A DNA stretch of 64,000 bases. Origin: Alphaproteobacteria bacterium. Its GTDB lineage: Bacteria > Pseudomonadota > Alphaproteobacteria > Micavibrionales > Micavibrionaceae. Below the pieces are notes generated by a model, which saw only the letters and a program-made list of their open reading frames with translations, was not told the origin of the DNA and made no database searches. Location: positions 4,020 through 68,019 of the forward strand of contig JAGRKB010000006.1 of assembly GCA_020442425.1 (NCBI GenBank), read 5' to 3'. Below are positions 48,292-58,615 of this stretch, piece after piece. A program made the position numbers and the translations under genes. Each line of letters starts with the position of its first letter. Positions within the stretch are counted from its first letter, which is position 1.

Positions 48292-48969
48292 CTAATCGTC
48301 GGAAGCTTTTTCTCCACCCAAATCAGCGTTTGGTTTGTAACCGTAATACCCACGTCCATCGAGAACATTGGTTTGACGTTGACCATCAGCATCCGTCTCA
48401 TACCCGGGCTTACCAAGCAGATCAGAAGGACGCGTAACTTGACGAGCAATCAAACTCTCAACAGTGCAGCCATAACGATAATCCGGTTCGTCTGTATCTG
48501 CATCACTGCTAATATCAGCAGGTTTGTAGTAACCGGGCATCATTTTACAACCCGTAGGAGCCTGCGCCGTAATAGCAGGAAACGTCACAACAGTTGTCGA
48601 TACATCGCCGGTTCCCGGAGCAGCCGTTGTTGAAATTTGAATGTCATTCACTCCAGCCTGACGTAATTTAGCCTCAATACGCTGTGCTTCATGACGAGCC
48701 AATCCTGCATTATTCTTGGATGATTTAGGATCATAAGAAACAGACGCAACCAAAGGGCCATTACCGTAGCGATGATAATACACGGATACGGCACGCAATG
48801 TAGCGTCATCCATTTTTGCAGTCTCAAAACTATCGGTAAACTGATCCTCATGAATTTCCAAACGAGACTCATTCATCCAGCTATTGGACTCAACAGAACA
48901 TCCGCTCAGCAACCCTATAGAAGACGTCGCCATAACCAAAGCACCAACCATATAAATAGAAACTTTCAT
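48292..48969 (-). CDS. cpaD: CpaD-like pilus assembly lipoprotein
   Basis: Lipobox LLSGC. The size and the position downstream of the secretin gene fit CpaD. Confidence 0.65.
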   Translation of the reverse strand: MKVSIYMVGALVMATSSIGLLSGCSVESNSWMNESRLEIHEDQFTDSFETAKMDDATLRAVSVYYHRYGNGPLVASVSYDPKSSKNNAGLARHEAQRIEAKLRQAGVNDIQISTTAAPGTGDVSTTVVTFPAITAQAPTGCKMMPGYYKPADISSDADTDEPDYRYGCTVESLIARQVTRPSDLLGKPGYETDADGQRQTNVLDGRGYYGYKPNADLGGEKASDD

Positions 48970-48990
48970 AATTTATCCTTCCAGTCTCTT

Positions 48991-50571
48991 CTAATCCAAC
49001 ATATAGCCAAAGGCTTGATCATCAGCAGGAATATTCCTGACACGTTCACCGTATATTTTGCGCATATTACGAGAAAATACATTGCTCATCGGAGAATTAA
49101 CAATCTTTGGTAACTCCTCAGCTTCAACATCGGTAATAGCAACAGCCTCGGCTTGCGTATAAAGCGGAACAGTCTTACCCTTATCTCCCGGGCTCATAGC
49201 CGCAGTAGGAGGTGGAGGTGGCAGCTTCTTAGTGCTTTCAAAAACAGGCTTGGCTTGTGTCTCATCAGCATAAGGCTGAACCAGATAAGGTGTTACAATA
49301 ACGACCAACTCAGTTTCCTGACGCTCGAAACTTTTCGAAGAAATCAGATCACCGATCACAGGCGTATCCTTAACACCTGGCAATCCGGACATCCCTTTGA
49401 TATTTTCGGACTTAAGCAATCCCGCCATCATCAAAGAACCACCAGAATTGATCTCAACAGTCGTCGAAGCTTTACGAATATCCAAACCAGGGATCTGAAT
49501 ATCAGACAAAGTAATTCCCTGCCCCGGATCAAGTGAAGAAACTTCGGTATTCAACTGCAAAGAAATACGATCTTCAGACAATACAGTAGGCTTGAAGTTC
49601 AAAGATACACCAAACTGCTTGTATTCGATAACAATATTCCCATCACGGTCACGGCCAACAGGAACCGGGAATTCACCACCAGCCAGGAAGCCAGCTTGCT
49701 CGCCGGACACAGACGTCAAGTTAGGCTCAGCCAACACATTCGCCAAGTTATCACGCTCCAAAGCATTCAGCAGAAGTTGAATTTCACCTAAACCACTACC
49801 CGCTGTATTAAACAGCAAGCTGGTCACACCAAACGGATCTTCCGTCAGACCGGTTTGTGTATTAACAGTTGTCGTAGAACGCAAACGAGCAGAATCGCCA
49901 AAATTAGAACGATCATTGCTGGTCTCCATACCGAATTCTTTCAAGATGTCGCGAGAAACTTCGAGCATACGCACACGCAACATAACTTGCTGCTCACCAC
50001 GCACGGTCAAAAGGTTCTGGACAATCTCATCCACATTTCCGGACATTTCCTGTACTTCACCCATATGGGCAGCAACAAGACGGGAAATTTTCTGAGCCAT
50101 AGTCGGAGTAGATACACTACCCGTTAAAATAGCTTGATCACCGATCATACGAACCTGAACATCTTTTTCCATAGGAAAAATTTCGGAAACCATAGCTTCA
50201 ATAGATTTAGTATCAATAGAAACAGACACATCAATTTTGCTGACAACATTCCCTTTGTCATCCAAAACAATCACATTGGTATCGCCTAAATTGGCACCAA
50301 CAACATAAAGCTTGTTACTCTGCAAAACAGAAACATCGGCGATCTTGGGATCAGCCACCATAATGTCAGCAACCGCATTCGGGATTTCTACAATCTCGGC
50401 CTTACCGATAGTAAGTTTCAAGACTTCTCTAGGAGCAGACTCCACAGGCACAGCAAAGCTTGCCATGACCAGCCCGATGAACAGAGCAGCCACAGACAGA
50501 ATCCTGACCCGAGAGGCTAACCTTGTGGATAAACCTGTGAACAACATTTTATTTTGCCTTTGTTTTAACAA
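48991..50571 (-). CDS. cpaC: Flp pilus secretin CpaC/RcpA
   Basis: Pilus N-domain at the N-terminus. The secretin C-domain is LAEPNLTSVSGEQAGFLAGGEFPVPV...GLPGVKDTPVIGDLISS...ELVVIVTPYLV. Confidence 0.93.
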   Translation of the reverse strand: MLKQRQNKMLFTGLSTRLASRVRILSVAALFIGLVMASFAVPVESAPREVLKLTIGKAEIVEIPNAVADIMVADPKIADVSVLQSNKLYVVGANLGDTNVIVLDDKGNVVSKIDVSVSIDTKSIEAMVSEIFPMEKDVQVRMIGDQAILTGSVSTPTMAQKISRLVAAHMGEVQEMSGNVDEIVQNLLTVRGEQQVMLRVRMLEVSRDILKEFGMETSNDRSNFGDSARLRSTTTVNTQTGLTEDPFGVTSLLFNTAGSGLGEIQLLLNALERDNLANVLAEPNLTSVSGEQAGFLAGGEFPVPVGRDRDGNIVIEYKQFGVSLNFKPTVLSEDRISLQLNTEVSSLDPGQGITLSDIQIPGLDIRKASTTVEINSGGSLMMAGLLKSENIKGMSGLPGVKDTPVIGDLISSKSFERQETELVVIVTPYLVQPYADETQAKPVFESTKKLPPPPPTAAMSPGDKGKTVPLYTQAEAVAITDVEAEELPKIVNSPMSNVFSRNMRKIYGERVRNIPADDQAFGYMLD

Positions 50572-50615
50572 GTTAGTTAGAGGTGCGGAGAGCCCGCATT
50601 AGAATTCTTGATCAC

Positions 50616-51461
50616 TCATTGACGAACATTCACATTTTCTATGCTTTGCCCACTATAGACTCGCACAATATTGGAATTTCCGCCAGAGTTCTTTTTGATT
50701 TTACCTATCTCCTTCAGAACAGCCCCGACCTCGACATCCGTGGTAAAAGGTCTTTTCTTAGGATCACTGGTAGCCTCATCCCCCAGCGCACGAAGCACCA
50801 AGGATAAATCTCCCATCTCGCCAGCCAAAGCCAAACGCTCAGCACCAGGCACATCAACTTCCAATGTAACGGTACGACCAACTTTTGCCTTTCCGGCTTC
50901 TTCCTTACCGGCATTCTGGTCAATAGCCAGAACCTTAACATTTTCCAGAACGGTCTGAGTAGCGTGACGGCTAACACGATCGGCCACTTCTTCTTTCTCG
51001 CTTCCGGATAACTTAACCTGATAAGTCAACAAAACATCCACACGATCGCCGGGGGAAATAAATCCACCAACCATAGATTCAGCAGAAACTTTAATCGCCA
51101 TTGCACGCATGCCAGCATCCATAGAAGCAGCCAGAATATTGCCCTTACCGGCACTGGTCAAAGACGCCAAGAACAGAGGCTCTCCAACAACCATATCACG
51201 ACGCAAACGTCCCTTGGCAATTTCAGCGATCTTTTCATTCTTCTTGCGAACAATCGCGCCCTGAACAACAGAGGCCTCTGGCCATTCTTGCCATTTAAAA
51301 TTGGCATCGCTCACAGTATCACCGGTTCCAACAGATTTGGAAGCAACAAGGATTTCAACCATGCCTTCTTTTTTAGTACCAAAGCTAGCTTGCACAATAA
51401 TGGCGACAAGCAAAGCCACCAAGAAGCCACCGCCGAGAACAATCAGAATATTCTTATTCAT
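50616..51461 (-). CDS. cpaB: Flp pilus assembly protein CpaB/RcpC
   Basis: ORF extends to 51494, with probable start MNKNILIVLGGGFLVALL. It has a TM anchor plus a SAF-like region, and its position fits. Confidence 0.8.
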   Translation of the reverse strand: MNKNILIVLGGGFLVALLVAIIVQASFGTKKEGMVEILVASKSVGTGDTVSDANFKWQEWPEASVVQGAIVRKKNEKIAEIAKGRLRRDMVVGEPLFLASLTSAGKGNILAASMDAGMRAMAIKVSAESMVGGFISPGDRVDVLLTYQVKLSGSEKEEVADRVSRHATQTVLENVKVLAIDQNAGKEEAGKAKVGRTVTLEVDVPGAERLALAGEMGDLSLVLRALGDEATSDPKKRPFTTDVEVGAVLKEIGKIKKNSGGNSNIVRVYSGQSIENVNVRQ

Positions 51462-51562
51462 AACGAAATCCAGTCGTCTGATGAGTTGACACAAAGTGCT
51501 GATAAAGAGTCAGCCACCCTTACATTTAACCTACAGGCTTTAATAAATTCTAAACGCATTTT

Positions 51563-52201
51563 TCAGAAAGCCTCTCCCCAACGAGAAAAATTGAAATAAC
51601 CGATAAAAACAAACGCCGCGAGAGCCCCAACAGCCAAAGCGATTCCATAAGGTATAGAAGGATGACCTTCTTGCGCTTTAGCAATCCACCCCCCCTCAGA
51701 AGGGCTGGAGAATAACTTTTTGCGCTTCAACACAAGAGAAAAAGCTGCGATCACGCCACCAGCTAAAGACATATAAAATAAGAAGGGAATTAACCCGGGC
51801 AAACCAACCCATAAAGCAATTACAGTCGCGAATTTAGAATCCCCAGCTCCGAATAATTTAAGCCCAAACAATGCAAGCGTAACAACAAACACTAACAAAG
51901 CAGCGCCGACATGATTCATAAGAGGACGAAAAACTATATGTTCTTGCCCTAACAAACTCAAAGCCCCGTATACAACAACAAAGGCTGCAAAAATAATAAT
52001 CGAGATAATATTAGGGATGCGATATCCCCGAAAGTCAGATACAGCAGCATAACCGCACATACCCACGGTCACTAACAACCCGAAAAGAAACAGAACCAGA
52101 CCAACCATCCCAGAACAACAATCATAAAAATACGTTTGAAAAAGTGAGAGATACCCCTCGGAAAGTACAAAAGCCCACCCTACAGGGGCGGGCTTCCGCA
52201 A
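51563..52201 (-). CDS. cpaA: Prepilin peptidase CpaA/TadV (A24 family, no methyltransferase domain)
   Basis: The two catalytic Asp contexts are AAVSDFRGYRIPN and FGAGDSKF. The true start may be MVGLVLF at 52108. Confidence 0.85.
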   Translation of the reverse strand: MRKPAPVGWAFVLSEGYLSLFQTYFYDCCSGMVGLVLFLFGLLVTVGMCGYAAVSDFRGYRIPNIISIIIFAAFVVVYGALSLLGQEHIVFRPLMNHVGAALLVFVVTLALFGLKLFGAGDSKFATVIALWVGLPGLIPFLFYMSLAGGVIAAFSLVLKRKKLFSSPSEGGWIAKAQEGHPSIPYGIALAVGALAAFVFIGYFNFSRWGEAF

Positions 52202-52228
52202 TATTTAATGAAATGTACCTAAACCGAA

Positions 52229-52414
52229 TTAAGGTGCAGGTGCGGACAGTGAGTCACTCATCTCATCAAACTTGGTGGTCAGCTCACCACCGAATGCCCA
52301 TACGGCACCGGCAATTGCCAAAGCGATACCAGCAGCGATCAACGCATATTCGATTGCGGTCGCACCGTCTTCTTTGGTGTTATAAGCTTGAACAAGAGCG
52401 ATTAGTTTCAACAT
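52229..52414 (-). CDS. flp: Flp-family pilin
   Basis: MLKLIALVQAYNTKEDG/ATAIEYALIAAGIALAI carries the Flp motif G/xTAIEYxLI. The ORF track start (52441) is a non-ATG codon, so I use the ATG at 52414. Confidence 0.9.
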   Translation of the reverse strand: MLKLIALVQAYNTKEDGATAIEYALIAAGIALAIAGAVWAFGGELTTKFDEMSDSLSAPAP

Positions 52415-52699
52415 GTTTTTTCTCCTTTTAATTTCCAGCAAGATCTTATGTAAAGCTCAACCCTTACATCTTCAGAATAGCCTGAAAATACTTAACGCCA
52501 TGTTAATGATACTTCAATTTACATATAAATTACAAATACTTAGCAAAACCTCAATAAAAACAGGCCTGTAACAATTTATAAGAAATTTAGAGAAAATATA
52601 GATCAAATTTGAAATAGAGAAATACGGCAACTCCCCCCTATTCCGAAGGTGCTATTCTAAGGATAAACTACCAAATTCTATAGTTGAAACGAATCTGCA

Positions 52700-53758
<1,059 letters not shown>

Positions 53759-53934
53759 CTATCGGAATGACATGGCAAAACTGCCATAATAAACTTCCCG
53801 CTTGATCGGGCGGGAAGCAAAAAAGCTTATCTAGATGTACACAAGCAAGGACGAAGACGCAACAGCGAAAAAGACACTTATACACCAGAGCCTCGGAACT
53901 ACTCTCGGCAACACAGGCTGCCGAAAAAGACCAA

Positions 53935-54060
53935 TTAGCCCTGACGAGCCTTCATACGAGGGTTCTTCTTATTGATAACATAAACGCGGCCTTTGCGACG
54001 AACAACGCGGCAGTTACGGTCACGGGTTTTCAATGTTTTGAGTGAGTTGACGACTTTCAT
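53935..54060 (-). CDS. rpmJ: 50S ribosomal protein L36
   Basis: The internal ATG at 54060 gives the 41-aa product [41 protein letters not shown]. The upstream part of ORF 53935..54162 is not needed. Confidence 0.9.
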   Translation of the reverse strand: MKVVNSLKTLKTRDRNCRVVRRKGRVYVINKKNPRMKARQG

Positions 54061-54337
54061 CGCTAAATTCCTTATATAATCACAATCTTTATTCTTTTGG
54101 AGACCGGACACTACAAGTTGGAAAGCCCTCCTGTCAAGCACATTTTCACGCATTTTGGACAAGTTTTCTCCAATAATTCCGCCTTTTTCGAGATTTTCAC
54201 CATATTAGACATTTCATCGCGAAGACATATGGCATAAAATGAGCCTGACCTGATAAAAATTAACTCTTCCTCAAGGCCTTTCCATCAAAATCAAAACGAA
54301 AACTCAGACTTAAAACATATTTAACACAACAAAAACA

Positions 54338-55195
54338 ATGACTTCCGAACAAACAGCCATCGAACTCCCCGACACCCCTGCCGAAGATTTGCCTGATGAA
54401 ATTCTGGCAAAAGAGTTCCAAATTGCTATGGATACACACCAACTCAGCCTCTACTACCAGCCGATCATCCACCTAAAAAGCGGTCTGGTTGCAGGTTTCG
54501 AGACCTTAATGCGTTGGAATCACCCGAATCGCGGTTTTATCTCCCCTGGTGTATTTATTCCGATGGCGGAACGCACAGGGCTGATCGTAGAAGCAAGCCG
54601 CTGGGCCTTAAAAGAAGCCATTCGCGCTTTGAAGCGCCTTGAAAGCCATGTAGGGCACAACGAACACATCTATATGAGTGTCAACTTCTCGCCCAACGAT
54701 CTCGCAGACGAGAGCTTTCTGGACGAAATGTATAACGTCATCAGCGCTAGTGATGTCCGCCCGACGCAGGTTCAGCTGGAAATCACCGGAGACTTGCTTA
54801 AAAACCAGAGAGAAAACAGCAAAACCATCCTTGGAATTTGTCGTAAAACTGGACTAAAGATTGCAGTCGATGACTTCGGATTAGGCGATCCAAGCGTTTT
54901 TATGAAATATATGGATGATTTTCCCATCAGCACAGTTAAAATTGACCATCTGGTAACACGCGACCTTCTAAAAATACCGGAAGCCAAACAATTGGTTTCC
55001 ATGATCATAGAAGAAGCCAAAAAACGCGACATTATTATTATAGCCGAAGGCGTCGAACAAAAAGATGAGGCCCTTCTTCTAAGAGAAATCGGATGCCGTT
55101 ATGGTCAAGGATACTACTTCACAAAACCTCTTCCCGAACGGGAACTAACAACTTTGTTGTTACAAATCAGTGCATTCAACGAAAGCCTGAAGTAG
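54338..55195 (+). CDS. Stand-alone EAL-domain c-di-GMP phosphodiesterase
   Basis: Motifs are YYQPI, GFETLMRW (EAL position), VNFS, QLEITG, DDFGLG, AEGVE and GQGYYF. Confidence 0.85.
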   Translation: MTSEQTAIELPDTPAEDLPDEILAKEFQIAMDTHQLSLYYQPIIHLKSGLVAGFETLMRWNHPNRGFISPGVFIPMAERTGLIVEASRWALKEAIRALKRLESHVGHNEHIYMSVNFSPNDLADESFLDEMYNVISASDVRPTQVQLEITGDLLKNQRENSKTILGICRKTGLKIAVDDFGLGDPSVFMKYMDDFPISTVKIDHLVTRDLLKIPEAKQLVSMIIEEAKKRDIIIIAEGVEQKDEALLLREIGCRYGQGYYFTKPLPERELTTLLLQISAFNESLK

Positions 55196-55321
55196 CAACC
55201 TCGTCTGTTGATAACTCAGAATATAATAGACATACTCTTTTCAAATGCCTTCCCTTAAGGCATGCTCCAAGTCTCAATTTTACAAACGAATAATATTTCG
55301 AGAGACAGGAAAGGGTCCGTT

Positions 55322-56446
55322 ATGACTCTGAAGATTGCTGTATTAAAAGAAACCAATTCACACGAAGCACGCGTTGCGGCAACACCGGAAACAGTCAAGA
55401 AACTGACAGCCAAAGGGATAAGCTTAACGGTAACATCTGGCGCAGGCGCGCAAGCCTCTTATCCGGATCAAGACTATGAAGCCGCAGGAGCAACTCTGGC
55501 ATCAGACAATGACAAAGCCACAAAAGACGCCGACATCATTCTCTGTGTACAATCACCGGAACAAGAACCAAAAGGAAAAGCAGGATCTCTACTGATAGGC
55601 ATGCTCTCCCCATTCAAAGGAAAAGACCATCTCAACCAATTGGCTGCAACAAAACTAACATGCCTATCAATGGAACTGGTACCGCGCATAACCCGCGCGC
55701 AGTCCATGGACGTTCTCTCTTCCCAATCAAACCTCTCAGGTTACAAAGCAGTTCTCGAAGCCGCTGCAAATTATACCAAAGCCTTCCCGATGATGATGAC
55801 AGCAGCAGGAACTATTCCTCCTGCTCGCGTCTTTGTGATGGGCGCAGGCGTAGCAGGCCTACAAGCCATTGCAACCGCAAAACGTCTCGGAGCAATCGTC
55901 TCAGCAACAGATGTTCGCCCTGCCGCAAAAGAACAAGTTCAGTCATTAGGAGCAAGCTTTGTAATGGTTGAAAGCGAGGAAATGAAACAAGCCGAAACAT
56001 CCGGCGGATACGCAAAAGAAATGTCGGATGACTTCAAGAAAAAACAAGCGGCCCTAGTCGCCGAAACCATTGTCAAGCAAGACATCGTTATTACAACAGC
56101 CCTAATCCCGGGGCGCCCTGCACCGCTACTCGTCACAGAAGAAATGGTCAAATCCATGAAACCGGGATCGGTTATTGTAGATCTGGCTGTAGAACAGGGA
56201 GGGAACTGCGCGCTCTCGAAAATCGGAGAAATCGTAGATGTTGATGGTGTAAAAATTGTCGGCATTCGAAATATGCCATCGCGCCTGGCAACTGATTCTT
56301 CTGCACTTTACGCACGAAATCTTCTGAACTTGTTAAATCTGATTATAAAAGAAGACCAGATTGCTCTTGATATGGAAGATGACATTATCAAAGCAACCGT
56401 CCTGACCAAAGACGGCGCAATTATAAACCCGAATTTCTCAAATTAA
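55322..56446 (+). CDS. pntAA: NAD(P) transhydrogenase subunit alpha part 1
   Basis: The ATG at 55322 ([23 protein letters not shown]) is used. The Rossmann motif is [22 protein letters not shown]. Confidence 0.92.
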   Translation: MTLKIAVLKETNSHEARVAATPETVKKLTAKGISLTVTSGAGAQASYPDQDYEAAGATLASDNDKATKDADIILCVQSPEQEPKGKAGSLLIGMLSPFKGKDHLNQLAATKLTCLSMELVPRITRAQSMDVLSSQSNLSGYKAVLEAAANYTKAFPMMMTAAGTIPPARVFVMGAGVAGLQAIATAKRLGAIVSATDVRPAAKEQVQSLGASFVMVESEEMKQAETSGGYAKEMSDDFKKKQAALVAETIVKQDIVITTALIPGRPAPLLVTEEMVKSMKPGSVIVDLAVEQGGNCALSKIGEIVDVDGVKIVGIRNMPSRLATDSSALYARNLLNLLNLIIKEDQIALDMEDDIIKATVLTKDGAIINPNFSN

Positions 56447-56469
56447 TTTTCACGCAAGAGAGGCATACC

Positions 56470-56880
56470 ATGTCAGACCCTCAATCAGCCGTTACCAATC
56501 AGGCCAATCAAGTCTCCGCACTGGCACAACAACTATCAGAGCAAGCCAATCGCTTGGCAAATGATGTGAACTCCATTTCTTACACCATGGGGCACAACGC
56601 AGACTTTCTGATGATGGGCCTGACAATTTTTGTCCTCGCCTGCTTCGTCGGATACTACGTCGTCTGGCGCGTAACCCCTGCTCTCCACTCGCCTCTGATG
56701 GCAATCACCAACGCAATCTCATCAGTGATAATCGTCGGAGCTTTAATCGCTGCAGGCCCCGCCGAAACCAGCTTTTCAAAACTGGTCGGCTTTCTGGCCG
56801 TTATTTTGGTCTCGATCAATATCTTCGGAGGCTTTATCGTTACACGCCGCATGCTGCATATGTTTAAAAAGAAAGTTTAA
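56470..56880 (+). CDS. pntAB: NAD(P) transhydrogenase subunit alpha part 2 (membrane)
   Basis: Contains [38 protein letters not shown]. Confidence 0.9.
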   Translation: MSDPQSAVTNQANQVSALAQQLSEQANRLANDVNSISYTMGHNADFLMMGLTIFVLACFVGYYVVWRVTPALHSPLMAITNAISSVIIVGALIAAGPAETSFSKLVGFLAVILVSINIFGGFIVTRRMLHMFKKKV

Positions 56881-56894
56881 AAAGGAATTCTGAC

Positions 56895-57728
56895 ATGAAA
56901 AAAACTATTTTCACTTTTGCTCTTTGTATTCTCTCCACTTTTCCATTCACCGCAGACGCAGAAGAAACGGAGACGGCCTATGAACGCGTCATGAGAACCG
57001 GCATATTCCGTTGCGCTTATGCTTCTGTTGGCATCCCAATACAAAAAAATCTGAGTAGCGGAGAAATTACAGGCCCATTAGCCGATATAGCCCGAGCAAT
57101 GACTCAATCCCTTGATCTAAAACTCGAATGGACAATAGAGGTAGGATATGCAGATTTTGCTGAAGGCCTGAAGTCAGGACGATACGACGCCTTCTGTGGC
57201 ATCATAAGCGCGACCCCTTCACGTGCCCGGGTCGCTACATTCACTACCCCTTTGTTTTACACCCCTTTTTATATATACACCCGCAAAGATGAAACACGAT
57301 TTAAAAAGCTGGAAGATTTAAACCAATCCGAAATAATTTCAGGAACAGTTGACGGAGAAGCATTTCAGAAAGTAACACGAACTCATTTCCCGAGTGCACA
57401 AGAACATAGCCTCCCTAATATGACCGATCCAACCCAGCTTTTTGTTGATCTGGATGCAAAAAAGATAGATTTCGTTCTGCATGACCCCCTGAAGTTCAGA
57501 GATTATGAGAAGAATAATTCAGGAAAGGTTAGACGAGCCTTTACTGAACCTCTGGAATTTTATCCTGTAGGATTTGCAATCAACTCCACTGAACATGAAC
57601 TGAAAGACATGCTCAATACTGCTATCTCCTCATTACACAACACAGGAAAAATGGATCAGATCCTAACGTCTCATGACATTGATAAGCAAACCTATTTTAG
57701 ACCTGCTCTCCCATACAGAGCTGAATAA
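56895..57728 (+). CDS. Periplasmic solute-binding protein, family 3 (amino-acid/polar type), orphan
   Basis: Has a signal peptide. The pattern IFRCAYASV...LKLEWTIEVGYADFAEGLKSGRYDAFCGIISATPSRARVATFTTPLFYTP fits SBP_bac_3. Confidence 0.7.
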   Translation: MKKTIFTFALCILSTFPFTADAEETETAYERVMRTGIFRCAYASVGIPIQKNLSSGEITGPLADIARAMTQSLDLKLEWTIEVGYADFAEGLKSGRYDAFCGIISATPSRARVATFTTPLFYTPFYIYTRKDETRFKKLEDLNQSEIISGTVDGEAFQKVTRTHFPSAQEHSLPNMTDPTQLFVDLDAKKIDFVLHDPLKFRDYEKNNSGKVRRAFTEPLEFYPVGFAINSTEHELKDMLNTAISSLHNTGKMDQILTSHDIDKQTYFRPALPYRAE

Positions 57729-57748
57729 TAAAATATGAAAGTCCGGAA

Positions 57749-58591
57749 ATGAAAAAACAGATTGCGGCAATAACGCTCTTGTTCACATTCGCCAACCCTT
57801 TTCCTTCCCACGCAGAAGGAAAACAAACTGCCTTTGACCGCATAACAGAAACGGGCATCATACGCTGTGGTTATATTATTTATCCGCCACAGCTCAGCAT
57901 TGATGCAAACACAGGAAAGCTTTCCGGACTAGCCTACGACCTGACCGAGCGCATGGCTAAAGACCTGCATCTGAAAGTCGAATGGACAGAAGAAGTAACC
58001 GCCGCCGCATGGATCGAAGGGCTTCACAACCAGCGATTTGATATGCTCTGCAATACGGCATGGGCAACGACAGTCAGAGCCCCCCAAGTTCTGAACAGCA
58101 TTCCGGCATTTTTCACAGCAGTAAATGCCTACGCCAGAATTGATGATGACCGCTTTAATACGGGAATTTCACAAATAAATTCCAAGGACTACACCATTGC
58201 AACAATAGACGGATCGACAAGCGCTGCAATTGCAAGAGACTCTTTCCCCAACGCAAACACCATCTCTTTACCGGACATCAGTGATTTCTCCCAGCTTCTT
58301 TTGGAAGTCAGCAATAAAAAAGCGGATTTGACATTCTCAGAAGCTTCACAATTCAATGATTTCGACAGTAAAAATCCTGGTGTTTTAAAAAACATCACAC
58401 CGAACAAACCGGTTCGAACCATTCAAAACACTTTTTTTGTAGACGGAAATGAACTCCGCCTAATGTCCATGATCAATACAGCACTCCTTAACTTACATCT
58501 GGAAGGTTTTGTCGATCAAACACTGGATAAATACGAAAACGGAAAAGACGTATGGAAACGCGCTACTCTTCCATACCGACAAGAAAAATAA
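57749..58591 (+). CDS. Periplasmic solute-binding protein, family 3, orphan paralog
   Basis: Has a signal peptide. The pattern IIRCGYIIYPP...LKVEWTEEVTAAAWIEGLHNQRFDMLCNTAWATTVRAP parallels the upstream gene. Confidence 0.7.
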   Translation: MKKQIAAITLLFTFANPFPSHAEGKQTAFDRITETGIIRCGYIIYPPQLSIDANTGKLSGLAYDLTERMAKDLHLKVEWTEEVTAAAWIEGLHNQRFDMLCNTAWATTVRAPQVLNSIPAFFTAVNAYARIDDDRFNTGISQINSKDYTIATIDGSTSAAIARDSFPNANTISLPDISDFSQLLLEVSNKKADLTFSEASQFNDFDSKNPGVLKNITPNKPVRTIQNTFFVDGNELRLMSMINTALLNLHLEGFVDQTLDKYENGKDVWKRATLPYRQEK

Positions 58592-58615
58592 AGGATCAAG
58601 TTAAAGGAAAAAACC

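Noticed and set aside
41272-52699. The whole tad locus as a tRNA-integrated island bounded by the 30-bp repeat.
   Set aside because: Both repeat copies lie on the same (left) side of the locus, 197 bp apart. I found no third copy in 52442..52699 and no integrase. Only the weaker 'scar next to the locus' statement is supported.
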